Source: Eledone cirrhosa (lineage: Eukaryota). From it: a stretch of 64,000 bases of DNA. The notes below the pieces were generated by a model, which was given only the letters and a program-made list of their open reading frames with translations, was not told the origin of the DNA and searched no databases. A program made the translations under genes and the position numbers. The first letter of the stretch is position 1; each line of letters starts with the position of its first letter. Positions 43,960 through 56,692 of this stretch are shown piece after piece. The stretch covers positions 36,766,001-36,830,000 of the forward strand of contig OZ024742.1 in assembly GCA_964016885.1 (NCBI GenBank). The letters are read 5' to 3'.

Positions 43960-46770
43960 TATTGGTGATGTTATTGTTAGTGTTGTTGTTGTTGTGGTGG
44001 TGTGGGGGTGGGGGGTAGTGGTGGGGTGGGGGGTAGTGTGGTGTGGTGGTGTGGTGGTGTGGTGGTGTGGTGGTGGTGGTATGGTGGTGGTGGTGTGGTG
44101 TGGTGGTGTGGTGGTGTGGTGGTGTGGTGGTGTGGTGTGGTGGTGGTGTGGTGCTGGTGGTGGTGTGGTGGTGTGGTGGTGTGGTGTGGTGGTGTGGTGT
44201 GGTGGTGTGGTGTGGTGTGGTGGTGTGGTGGTGTGGTGTGGTGGTGGTGTGGTGCTGGTGGTGGTGTGGTGGTGTGGTGGTGTGGTGTGGTGGTGTGGTG
44301 TGGTGGTGTGGTGTGGTGTGGTGGTGTGGTGGTGTGGTGTGGTGGTGGTGTGGTGCTGGTGGTGGTGTGGTGGTGTGGTGGTGTGGTGTGGTGGTGTGGT
44401 GTGGTGGTGTGGTGTGGTGTGGTGGTGTGGTGGTGTGGTGTGGTGTGGTGCTGGTGGTGGTGTGGTGGTGTGGTGGTGGTATGGTGTGGTGGTGGTGGTG
44501 TGGTGTGGTGTGGTGTGGTGTGGTGGTGTGGTGGTGTGGTGGTGTGGTGTGGTGGTGTGGTGTGGTGGTGTGGTGGTGTGGTGGTGTGGTGGTGTGGTGT
44601 GGTGTGGAGTGGTAGTGTGGTGTGGTGGTGTGGTGGTGTGGTGGTGTGGTGGTGGTGGTATGGTGGTGGTGGTGTGGTGTGGTGGTGTGGTGGTGTGGTG
44701 TGGTGGTATGGTGTGGTGGTGTGGTGGTGGTGTGGTGGTGGTGGTGGTGTGGTGGTGTGGTGGTGTGGTGGTGTGGTGTGGTGGTGTGGTGTGGTGGTGT
44801 GGTGTGGTGTGGTGGTGTGGTGGTGTGGTGTGGTGTGGTGCTGGTGGTGGTGTGGTGGTGTGGTGGTGGTATGGTGTGGTGGTGGTGTGGTGTGGTGTGG
44901 TGTGGTGGTGTGGTGTGGTGTGGTGGTGTGGTGTGGTGGTGTGGTGGTGTGGTGGTTTGGTGTGGTGGTGTGGTGGTGGTGGTGTGGTGTGGTGGTGTGG
45001 TGGTGTGGTGTGGTGGTGTGGCGGTGTGGTGGTGTGGTGGTGTGGTGTGGTGGTGTGGTGTGGTGGTGTGGTGGTGGTGTGGTGGTGTGGTGGTGTGGTG
45101 GTGTGGTGGTGTGGTGTGGCGGTGTGGTGGTGTGGTGGTGTGGTGTGGTGGTGGTGTGGTGTGGTGGTGGTGTGGTGCTGGTGGTGGTGTGGTGGTGTGG
45201 TGGTGGTATGGTGTGGTGGTGGTGTGGTGTGGTGTGGTGTGGTGGTGTGGTGTGGTGTGGTGGTGTGGTGTGGTGGTGTGGTGGTGTGGTGGTTTGGTGT
45301 GGTGGTGTGGTGGTGGTGGTGTGGTGTGGTGGTGTGGTGGTGTGGTGTGGTGGTGTAGTGTGGTGGTGGTGGTGGTGGTGTGGTGACGTAGTGTGGTGGT
45401 GGTGTGGTGACGTAGTGCGGTGGTGTGGTGTTGTGCTGTGGAGTGGTGGGGGAGTGGTGTGGTGTATGACAGTCTGTATGGGTAGGCGGGAAAGGTGTGG
45501 TGTGGAGAGGAGGTATATGTAGGTCTTGTTTCACTGTTTCGGTATATTGTTGTTGTTGTTTGCTGCTGTCAAAGTTGTTCATGTCAATGTTGTAATACTT
45601 GCTGTAGATAACGATGATGATAATGATGGTGGTGGTGGTGGTGGTGGTGGTGGCGTGTGGTGTGTGGTGTGGTGGTGGTGGTTGAGTGGTGGTGGTGTGT
45701 GGTGTGTGGTGTGGTGGTGTGGTGGTGGTGTGGTGTTGGTGATGTGTTGGTGGTGGTGGTGGAGTGGTGGTGGAGTGGTGGTAGTGGTGGTGGTGGTCGT
45801 GATAGTTGTGGTGGTGGTGGTGGTTGTGTTGGTAGTGATGAATGTGGTGGTGGTAGTAGTGGTGGTTTGGTGGTAGTAGTAGTGGTGGTGGTGGTAGTGC
45901 TAGTGGTAGTGGTGGTGGTGGGGTGGTGGTAGTAGTTGTGGTGGTTGTAGTGGTAGTGGTGGTAGTAGTAGTGGTGGTGGTAATTGTTGTGGTGATGGTA
46001 GTGGTAGTGGTGATGCCGGTGATGGTGGGGTGGTGGTAGTAGTTGTGGTGGTGATAGTGGTAGAGGTGGTGATAGTAGTAGTGGTGGTGGTAGTAGTTGT
46101 GGTGATGGTAGTGGTAGTGGTGATGCCGGTGATGGTGGGGTGGTGGTAGTAGTTGTGGTGGTGGTAGTGGTAGTGGTGGTAGTAGTAGTGGTGGTGGTAG
46201 TAGTTGTGGTGATGGTAGTGGTAGTGGTGATGCCGGTGATGGTGGGGTGGTGGTAGTAGTTGTGGTGGTGGTAGTGGTAGTGGTGGTAGTAGTAGTGGTG
46301 GTGGTAGTAGTTGTGGTGATGGTAGTGGTAGTGGTGATGCCGGTGATGGTGGGGTGGTGGTAGTAGTTGTGGTGGTGGTAGTGGTAGTGGTGGTAGTAGT
46401 TGTGGTGATGGTAGTGGTAGTGGTGATGGTAGTGGTAGTGGTGATGCCGGTGATGGTGGGGTGGTGGTAGTAGTTGTGGTGGTGGTAGTGGTAGTGGTGG
46501 TAGTGGTAGTGGTGATGCCGGTGATGGTAGGGTGGTGGTAGTGGTTGTGGTTATGGTAGTGGTAGTGGTGGTAGTAGTAGTGGTGGTGGTAGTAGTTGTG
46601 GTGATGGTAGTGGTAGTGGTGGTAGTAGTAGTGGTGGTGGTAGTACTTGTGGTGGTAGTAGTAGTTGTGGTGGTGGTAGTGGTAGTGGTGGTAGTGGTAG
46701 TGGTGGTGGTAGTAGTTGTGGTGATGGTAGTGGTAGTGGTGGTAGTGGTAGTGGTGATGCCGGTGATGGT
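43960..46770. repeat. GGT-rich low-complexity tract: GGT/GGTGT mosaic (44.0-45.4 kb) and GGT/AGT array with recurring GATGCCGGTGATGGT (46.0-46.77 kb)
   Basis: Read directly; explains the His/Thr/Pro and Val/Trp/Gly ORFs. Confidence 0.95.
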
Positions 46771-46894
46771 AATCTTATTCATGTATTTATTTATTTATAT
46801 GTTTATCGGGGAAGTTTTCTTCAAATCCTTATCAAATGTTGTCAATGACTTCAACTATTTTTAGTTCAAGACTTAAAAATGGTCTCTTTATTTG

Positions 46895-46994
<100 letters not shown>

Positions 46995-47392
46995 TCTCCG
47001 TCTCTCTCTCTCTCTCTCTCTCTTTCTCCGCTCCCCTCTCGTTCTCTCTCTCTCTCCCCCTCTCTCTCTCTTTTCTTTTTCCCTCTCTCTATCTTTATCT
47101 GTCTAGTTATCCTTCTCATCCTTCATCACACATACACACTTACATACATACACGCACTCAAACATATATATATATATATGTCACTATGTCTATATTACAT
47201 ACATACATACACACACACACACACATATATACACACACACATTATATAAATATATATATATATGAATGTATATATAGTGTGTTTTGCAATACACTCTATG
47301 CCTAATTAAAAGCATTTCGAAGACCTTACGCTATTGTTTTAGAGTAGTGACAGTCTCACTTACTTTAAATTTTCAGCAAACAGGGGAGATAA

Positions 47393-47437
47393 AGCTGACA
47401 GAGCTATGTTTCGTACTGATTGGTACTTATCAAAGCT
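47393..47437 (-). ncRNA. Type-I hammerhead ribozyme, U3-A8 core variant
   Basis: Minus strand: AGCT-TTGATAA-GTAC caatca GTAC-GAAA-CATAGCTCTG-TC-AGCT; GUC cleavage triplet. Confidence 0.72.
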
Positions 47438-47642
47438 AAGTACTCCACCTGTTAGCTGAAAATCATGAATGTTTGATTCTTATAGAATTCTAGTAATAAT
47501 CAGGAACGGGTTATACAGAGCGGTTGCCGGTCAAGCAGAAATTGAAAATTAGAATTGGTGCTCTGAAATAGCGATATATATATAAATGTATATATAGTGG
47601 ATTTTGCAATACACTGATTTTCAGCAAACAGGTGGAGTACTT

Positions 47643-47687
47643 AGGTTTGATAAGTACCAAAAAGTAAGAAACAGAGCTCTGTCAGCT
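47643..47687 (+). ncRNA. Second copy of the U3-A8 hammerhead variant, damaged stems I and II
   Basis: AGGT-TTGATAA-GTAC caaaaa GTAA-GAAA-CAGAGCTCTG-TC-AGCT, enclosed by TTTTCAGCAAACAGG / CCTGTTTGCTGAAAA. Confidence 0.6.
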
Positions 47688-47859
47688 TTATCTCCCCTGT
47701 TTGCTGAAAATTTAAAGTAAGTGAGATTGTCACTACTCTAAAACAATAGCGTAAGGTCTTCGAAATGCTTTTAATTAAGCATACAGTGTATTGCAAAATA
47801 CACTATATATACATTCATATATATATATATAGCTATTTCAGAGCACCAATTCTAATTTT

Positions 47860-48030
<171 letters not shown>

Positions 48031-48070
48031 CATACATATAAATATATATATATATGTGTGTGTGTGTGTG

Positions 48071-48174
<104 letters not shown>

Positions 48175-48371
48175 TATATATATATATGTCAATATGTTTA
48201 TATATATATGGTGATTATGATGAAGACGAGGAGGGGGAGGAGGAGGAGGGGTGGGCGGGGGTGATAAAGGTGGTGGGGATGTACTAATTAAAGACATTCA
48301 TTGATTAGTTTGATTTTCGGGTAGACAAATATGTGTCTATTCCACCACTCCTACTGCTATTCCACGCCCAC

Positions 48372-48402
<31 letters not shown>

Positions 48403-48449
48403 ATCATCATCATCATCATTATCATCAAAACTGAAGACGTTAGCCAAAT

Positions 48450-48690
48450 TACGGTCAACTGTGAGATGACTATTTCTCCAGTGCTGACCTTATTGCCTCG
48501 ACTACAACAAGCCCTGGTGTTGTCGCCAAAGAGCAGAAGATGACTAAATACCAGGCATTCACTGACCGTTTCCTGTTCATGCTGGCTGGTTGCTATCGAG
48601 CCCCCCTAGTGTCCTTGGTCGCTAGACTTTACCGGGGAGGCCTAACAAGGAGATCCCTCTGTACTACTTGGAACAATCTCTCTTGTCACC
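48450..48690 (+). mobile_element. Highly degenerate CRE-like endonuclease fragment
   Basis: KYQAFTDRFLFM..VAIE..SVLG parallels KYRSLSDRFAVVPLALETSDVLG at ~38 kb. Confidence 0.45.
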
Positions 48691-48729
48691 CTTTTTGAAA
48701 AGTGGGATTATCACTCCCGTTTGCTGTTG

Positions 48730-49525
48730 CTTAGATGCGTTTCCAGATATCCAGGCCACCCGGTACACACAAGTCAGCCAGTCCATAACATATTCTGACA
48801 GCCAGAGGCTTGGCTTGTGAGTATCCCCACTCCGGCTTGTGCAGTCATTTCTGGCGCCACATATTTATAGTGGAATTCCCATCCTCCATCCAAATCTACA
48901 GTATCAGAGCCACGGAACTTTGTTGAGAAACTACGACTATATCTACCGGTAACATCAAGCCTCCTCCACTAGTTCCTGCTCCTTAACTGTAAGAGTTGTG
49001 ATGTTCCAGGTTCCAATTGCCAAGGTTTGTTCCCTCCCGAACCCTCTATGGGGGTCTCAATATATGCAATCTTTGCGTCCATTTCACGCATTCCAGGACA
49101 GGTCGCAAGTCCATCGCCAGTTTTTGCGGCGTGAAATGTATTTTTTCGAACTGGCCCCTCTACGTAAGGCCTGAATGTTCCCCTTGTTAATCCGCACGAA
49201 GGGCGATGAGGTATGGTTCTTTTTCGTGCTTTTCACCATATTGCGGTTTTGATGGTCTTAATCACACCAGTCACCAATCTGGTACTTTCTCAAACCCGCA
49301 AAGACTAGGCTTTTTTAGAGGCGGCCTTTACTCGCTTCGTCATAACTACATCACTGGTTTGTGAGAGATTTCTTGGGAGCTACATGTCCCTTTGTAGTTT
49401 ACCGCTGTTGATCCGAGGCTGCTTATTCGTCAGGCAGGTGTCCGCTTATATCGCAACTAACCATCATATCTTGTTGCCGTATCGCTACCAGCCACCTACG
49501 ACCTGTTCTCTAACAGAACAGCTCT
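48730..49525 (-). mobile_element. RTE-clade LINE 5' end: 5' UTR plus decayed apurinic endonuclease N-terminus
   Basis: Minus strand ~49030-48760: LAIGTWNITTLTVKEQELVEEA*..DIVVVS..KFRGSDTVDLDGGWEFHY...AQAGVGILTS, with stops and frameshifts. Upstream end abuts (TATG)n. Confidence 0.8.
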
Positions 49526-49606
49526 CTTTAATGTGTATGTATGTATGTATGTATGTATGTATGTATGTATGTATGTATGTATGTATGTATGTATGTATGT
49601 ATGTAT

Positions 49607-49935
49607 GTCAATGGCCATCCAAAATCACTGGGAGAGATGAACCCTTAGCCTTTGTCAAGGCAGAATTCTAGGAGAAAGAAAACTCTGATATAACACCTGC
49701 AACCCTGATGGTATCCAATGATGTTGACTTGTTATTCTTTTTGGTAAATATCATCTTGGTTAAGAGAGTGGGACTGGCTTTGTGCCAATAATTGTCACAA
49801 GTGTAGTGTCTGTACCAGAGTTTTCAAGTCGCTGGCTGGACTAAAAAGTCACACTCGTTCAGCGCATCGGTAGGGGTTCTCCTACATGGATATAAAGTAG
49901 TGGCCGTACTCGAAAACGAGTTGGCAGCCACCATG
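49607..49935. mobile_element. (CATA)n-flanked dispersed repeat; inverted copy at 61988-62355
   Basis: High-identity reverse-complement match; this copy lacks a ~40-bp segment and the distal part. Confidence 0.85.
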
Positions 49936-50053
49936 TATGTATGTATGTATGCGCGCGTGGGGGGGGGGGGGTATGTCTGTGTGTGTGTGTGTGTGTATGT
50001 ATGCATGTATATATGTATGTCTTTAGAGTGCTCCCACACTGAAACACACTCTT

Positions 50054-50085
<32 letters not shown>

Positions 50086-50666
50086 GAGTCTAGCTATTGA
50101 GCAGTTAATTTCATTGATTTTTTCAGTTACTTATATTGACTGTTGAATGGCTCTGTTATATTTAACCATTCTGTCGAGAGCTTTATTCGATTTGTGATAT
50201 TTTGCATTCTCGCAATAATACACAACTGAATCATTCGCTTAATAGAGGTGTTACCTCCCTTGCTGAATCCCACGAGGGGTCAGTAATAGCTACACTATCT
50301 ATAGCAGATTGGAGCAAAACCCGTTGAAAACACGACTGCCTTGTTCATCATCTCACCAGAAGCCCAACATTCTTTATGTAGGCGGACAGTACCTGATTTG
50401 GAGTCGCAGAAACCAATACTGGATTTTACCATCAGTCCAGGGTCCGGGAAAGTATCAACACATATATTTTTATTGTTTGACCCGAATTACTTGGTCGTTT
50501 TGATTTTGGCTTTGCGGATGATATGTTTAACCATCATCTCAGTGTGTTTGGCCCTTAACGTATGTTGTAGCTCTGATTCATATGATTCATCGAGCGCTTG
50601 CCACACATATCGGACGTTGATTTTCGTTAATTCCTGAGCTGAAAACGATTCTCGCTAATTTATATT

Positions 50667-50726
<60 letters not shown>

Positions 50727-50734
50727 TTCCACAG

Positions 50735-51390
50735 ATAGGAGTTTTTAAAGGTATATTTCTAATGTGGCTTCACGGGTACTCCTTGATAATATTGGCAGCA
50801 CTTGCCTGAAGTTACCTCCCAAAAGCAAAACTCTTCCTCCAAACACTTCATTGACATCAGTGTTGTCTTGAAGGCATTTGTCAATGGCATGAATTGCATA
50901 GGACGGAATCACAGAGGTCTCGTCCAGTATTGAGATCTAGGTTCCGTAAGTAATTGGCATGATCAGATGAGCCAGACATATTACACACCCTGGTCTCTGT
51001 TAGTAGTACAGGTAGTTTAAATAAATGATGCATACTTCTACACCTCCTAGCATCAGTGGAGACGCTATGTCGGTCCAAGCACTGCAACACACATGATAGT
51101 TATTCATCTGCAAGAGATCGTTGTATTGAACAGGTATGTTTTGCCACACCCTCCAGGTGCATCTACGTAGGAGCAGGTATGTGCAGGTCTTTCGCCTTTT
51201 CTCCTCTGTTGAATGGCCTCAATATTAGCAATCACTCGTTGCTCTTCAGTAAGAGAATCACTATGAGGGTGGTTGATGGCAGCTTGGATCTCAGGTTCAA
51301 GCATCTCAATGGGCTGAGGTAGGCTCAGTCTTGTGCAGTTGGTACTATTTTCAATAAATAATGCGTCAATGTAACCAATGTAAGCCATTT
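50735..51390 (-). mobile_element. Helitron RepHel PIF1-helicase pseudogene fragment
   Basis: LTEEQR...VDAPGGCGKTYLFNT (motif I) and DKCLQDNTDVNEVFGGRVLLLGGNFRQVLPI (motif III), with frameshifts and foreign sequence between. Confidence 0.85.
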
Positions 51391-51404
51391 AGCGTGTCCT
51401 ATAG

Positions 51405-51805
51405 CAGCACCACCATTAGCACCATTATCAGTACCTCCGCCACGACCACCATCACCATAACTACAATCATAACCCCTAGAATCTTACCTACTACAACCAT
51501 TATTATCATCATCACTCTCGCCACTGTCATTACCACCGCCGCCGCCGCCACCACTATCATCTACATCCCAACGACCACCACCACCTCCACAACCACAACC
51601 ACAACCACAACCACAACCACAATCACAACCCCCCAAAACTATAGCCATACCAATCACCACTATCATCACCACCACTGCCATCACCACCACAATTGCCACA
51701 ACTATTACTACCACCACCAGAACCACAATTTACATTAATAAAAAATATCAACCATACAACAATAAACATCACGTTAACCAAACGATGACACACCACCGCC
51801 ACCAC
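51405..51805 (+). repeat. Degenerate ACC/ATC/ACA-rich low-complexity tract
   Basis: Read directly. Confidence 0.85.
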
Positions 51806-52104
51806 GTACTATTTAAACCGGATATTAGAACTGAAAGGTAGTGTTTCAATGCTTAAAACTCCCTTTATCTATAAAATGATCTTTTTACGGGAGGATTAAA
51901 TCTGTAACCCTGCTTTTATTAAATGTTACCTCATGGTCACAAATTAAAATTCAATGAAGATTAAAACAGATAAATAAGAAAATATATTTGACTTTGGATT
52001 GTGTCGCCTAAATCTGTTTATACAATATAATACGCCTTTTTTTATATATCTATTTATCTATATATCTATTATTCCTATCTATGGATCTATCTATTCATCT
52101 ATCA

Positions 52105-53147
52105 CTCACCGAGCTGCAATCCTGGGTCAAGCAAAGACCGAGAAAACTGGGCGCCTGGCACACCGAGTGTGCCCAGGCGCTCACGGCTCTCTGGCAGGCG
52201 GACCCGGCTGTCAGTGGAGAATCCACCTCGTCATTCTATAGAGGGCTGGTGGTTAGCAGGTGCGACGACGCCCTCGGAGAAGCCCTAGGCATGGAGGAAG
52301 ACGAACTGGCCAACCTGTTCGGTAGGACATTCTGCCCGGGACCCATGGATAACTTCCAGAGGTCCCTGGCCTGGCAGTGCTACCGAAGAGCTCTGCCCGT
52401 TCGAGAAAGGCTCTACAGACACGGGCGCCCGGGTAGGGACCCCTCGAAAAAGATCTGTCCCAGATGCGTGTGCGACGAGGAAACCGTTGCACACGCATTG
52501 GTACACTGCTCGGGCATTGCCGATCTGTGGGGCTATGTCGAACAACTGCTGTCAAGAGTGGGACCGATCCGGTTGACCACCGAGTCTATTGTAACGATCA
52601 AGCCGCCCCCCACCCCCACCCCTCTTCAAAAACGAAGGAGAGGCGGTGTTTCTGTGCGTAATAGCCATGGCGAAAGAGGTTGTATGGTGGACGCGTCTGA
52701 AAGGACTGAGGTCAGACACCTTTCTCTCTGGCCAACAACTGGTCCGTTTCTTCCGATATCATTTCGGAAGAAGGATCAGGATGGAGAGAGAGGTGCTGCA
52801 CCCCAGTCGTTTTTATGAAGGATGGGTGAAAGTGACGAGAATGGCCCGTGTGAATGGGCCTTCACTCTACATCAGACTATAGGTGAGGAAGATGAAAGAT
52901 CAAGGGAGCACCCCCTCTCTGTGCTCCTGAGGAGAAGGGTTGCACACTTTTTTTCGGGGGGGTGTGCGACCCCCCAAGGCGCCTCCTCCCTATGGAGGAT
53001 TTTGTTATGAAATTTATTTTGTTATATTGTATTTTATTTTTATACTTTGTTATTGCCTCCTCCATATTGAGGACGCCTTGTTTTGTAAACTCCCCCCATT
53101 GTACTTGTCCCACTTTTGATGCCCTGGTGGCAAATAAAAAGAAAGTT
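52105..53147 (+). mobile_element. 5'-truncated L1/Tx1-type LINE 3' end, copy 1 (zf-RVT region; frameshift near 52620)
   Basis: LAWQCYRRALPVRERL...CPRC..DEETVAHALVHC; ORF 52646 continues homology with copy 2; AATAAA then (TATC)n. Confidence 0.85.
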
Positions 53148-53167
53148 ATCTATTTATCTATCTACCT

Positions 53168-54152
53168 AACTGGGTGAAGAAAAGACCGAAAACGATGGGC
53201 GCCTGGCACATTGAATGCGCTCAGGCGCTCACAGTCCTCTGGCAAGCGGGCGCACCAATCAGTGGAGACTCCACTTCGACATTCTATAGAGGGATTGTAC
53301 GTTACAAGGGCGACGACGTGCTCGGAGAGACTCTGGGCGTCGAAGACGATGAGCTCACCAGTCTGTTTGGTACTTTCCGCCCGGGACCTATGGACAACTT
53401 CCAGAGGTCCCTGGCCTGGCAGTGCTACCGAGGAGCTCTACCGGTTCGTGACAAGATCTACAGGCACGGACGCCCTGGCAGGGATCCTTCCAAGAGGACG
53501 TGTCCAAGATGTGCGCAGGACATTGAAACAGTTCTGCACGCAATTGTACACTGCCCGGGCGTAAGCGACCTGTGGAACTATGCAAAACAACTGCTGTCGC
53601 GTATGGGACAAATCCAGTTGATTGCCGAGTCCATAGTAAGGATCAAACCGCCAGCCTCTTTCAAAAACGAAAGAGAGGCGGTTTTCCTCTGTACGCTGGC
53701 TATGGTGAAAGAAGTTATATGGTGGACGAGGTTGAATGGACTGAGGACAGATGCCTTTCTCTCCGGACAACAATTGATTCCCTTCTTTAAGTATCACTTT
53801 AGAAGGAGAATCAGGGTGGAAAGAGAGGCACTGCACCCCAGTAAATTTACTGAAAGGTGGGTGAATGAAGCGAAAATGGCCCGAGTGATTGGGCCTTCTC
53901 TGTTTATAAGCCTGTAGGTTGAGGAAGAGAGCAAGAGGAAGAAAGGATCACTTGCACAACACGCTCCTAGAGTTGAGGGTTGTTCTATCGACGGGGTATT
54001 AAACAACCCATTTGTGGCGCCTCCCCCCTATTGGGGATTTCGATTGTTGTAATTGTTTGTTTTTATATTTTTTACATGATTGTATGTAAAATCCTCGGCA
54101 TGTCTTTGTATTGTCCCCTTTTCTTGTTGCGCCCTTGTGGCTAATAAAGAAA
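53168..54152 (+). mobile_element. 5'-truncated L1/Tx1-type LINE 3' end, copy 2 (open frame 53174-53917)
   Basis: LAWQCYRGALPVRDKI...CPRCAQDIETVLHAIVHC; AATAAA then (ATCT)n. Confidence 0.88.
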
Positions 54153-54203
54153 TCTATCTATCTATGCATCTATTTATATCTATCTTGTTATCCATCCATC
54201 TCT

Positions 54204-54665
<462 letters not shown>

Positions 54666-55089
54666 AGTATAAGTGATTCAGTGAATTACTGGTGGTGGTA
54701 CCAAAACAAGTACTCTATGCACAGGAGGCAGAGTGTATATATTAATAAGAACGATGAAGCTTCCTTTACATGTATTTAGACTGTAATTGTGTATCTGAAG
54801 TTTTATGGGGCAAGTATAAAACATATCAAAAAGAAATTGGACGTTGTTATCCAATTCTCCGCGGACATTGGAATTGGGGTTTTAAACGTGGAAAATTTGT
54901 GCCTTCCTCTGAAACCCTAAAAACGAACAGCTCGGCGATACAACCTCTACAGTCAAGTGACAACTATAGGTATTTTAGACAGGATGAGAATGTTAGATAT
55001 GATGGACCCATGAATAAGGCAAAGACAAAGAATGAATATGTCATGGGAGTAAAGGAAATATAGTCATCAGAACTTTCAGAGAACAATAA

Positions 55090-56315
55090 ACATATTTTCT
55101 AAGCCCATCTTAACGCCAACATTTGGACTACTGAACAAATACTGAGAGATGTAAGAAATCACAAACTACTCAGATTTAAGACACAGCCGGCCTGTAATTG
55201 TTGTTTGGGACCACAGATTGAAAACATGCCCTGTTGCCCACTCGATATTTATGTAGTAAGGAAAATACAAGAGAAGGGGGATATACAGGGTGGTCCGAAA
55301 GTCTTGTCACCCCTACCAAAAAGTAATGAGAAACAGTTTATATTCCCATCGCAGTATAGTCCCCTTCGGGATAGCTGGTTTACCGAATCTTGCAGTGAAG
55401 TCATGTCGCACATCCTTCATGCTCAAGCCAGAATACACACGATCATGCGTCCATACACTTGCAAGCAGCCTCTCTTCCAAACTATAGGAGCTCTGAAATA
55501 GAAAATGATATTATTATTATTATTATTATTATATACTAGCAGAAAAACCACCCTTCGGGTGGTTTTCTGCTAGCATGTCTTGTGCGTATATTGATATTAT
55601 ACGCAGGTATATATACATGTATATATGATACATCAAATAAAATCCTAATTGACAATATATAATACATAGAAATTGAACGAAGACTGCTTTACACTGTCTT
55701 ATTTAATCAGTAACGTAATCCATGATACATTAAAAAAGACGATATTATATATAAACTGCATTAGGAGAAAATTAGTGACAGAAAATTAGTATGTTTATTT
55801 AAGCGATCGCCACCGGAAGTGTTGACATTTCGGAAATTTTAAAGAAGTGAATCTTTAAATAAACAAAATATATTTAATCAACAGCCACGAAATTTAGTAG
55901 ATAAATTATGTAATATTCATTCATTATTTATTCAAAGTAATCCAACTTATTTTACTAATGGGATAAAAAATTATAAACCGTATGCAGTCCCGCGCTCCTT
56001 ACTTTATTATAGTTTAGATTATAATTAAAACAAAAAATAATGAAAGTTAAAACAATATGTGACAAGGGTGACAAGACTTTCGGACCACCCTGTATATTGG
56101 TTAGGAGTTTGCAGATCCAGTACCCAAAATACATATTCAGCTTCATACCCGTTATTATTGGAGCTACAGGTTATACGCCAGCCTACTTGGACTAACGTTT
56201 GACTGACCTTAGATTCTTGGAGGAAGAACACTACTCTTTAATTCATAAGCTGCAAATGGCCACGATATCTGGAACCTTGAAAATCTGAAAATATTTCTTA
56301 AGATTCAAAGCATGA
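55090..56315 (+). mobile_element. Decayed R4/Dong-like non-LTR element (restriction-like endonuclease end), split by the mariner insertion
   Basis: HSRPVIVVWDHRLK..CCPLDIYVVRKIQEKGDI | insertion | LVRSLQIQYPKYIFSFIPVIIGATG..KLQMATISGTLKI matches the HN(R/K)PD..K..KY..IPVIIGA.G pattern. Clade is inference. Confidence 0.6.
55286..56092. mobile_element. Non-autonomous Tc1/mariner element, 807 bp
   Basis: TA|CAGGGTGGTCCGAAAGTCTTGTCACCC ... GGGTGACAAGACTTTCGGACCACCCTG|TA; perfect TIRs, TA duplication. Confidence 0.93.
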
Positions 56316-56692
56316 AGTGCACAAGGGACGAAGAATATTTCCTTTTCTTTACAACGTTACCACCGGGAAGTTGGCTGGTAAAAATAACCTCGAAATTAAT
56401 AGAAAAAGACAAACATACATATGAGTTAACGATAGCAGACTAGATGGAGAATCAGTTATGTGTTGGAGGCTTTAATGATTGGCTTTAGACATGACATATT
56501 TTTTTAACTTTTTAAAATCTTGAATTATCGTACACACACACGCAAACAAAATACACACACACATACACAAACGCATGTGTGTGTGTGTAATGAGAGAGGG
56601 ACAGAGATATACATACACACATATATATGTATATATATATATATATATGGGGGGGGTCTCTATGTGTTTGTGTATGTGTGTGTTTATGTATG

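Noticed and set aside
43948-46864. 944-aa His/Thr/Pro ORF and Val/Trp/Cys ORFs
   Set aside because: Translation of GGT/GGTGT low-complexity DNA; open on both strands; no domain.
50735-51390. Host PIF1 helicase gene
   Set aside because: Fragmented and frameshifted; the DAPGGxGKT..N and FGG..LL.G.FRQ.LP context is typical of Helitrons.
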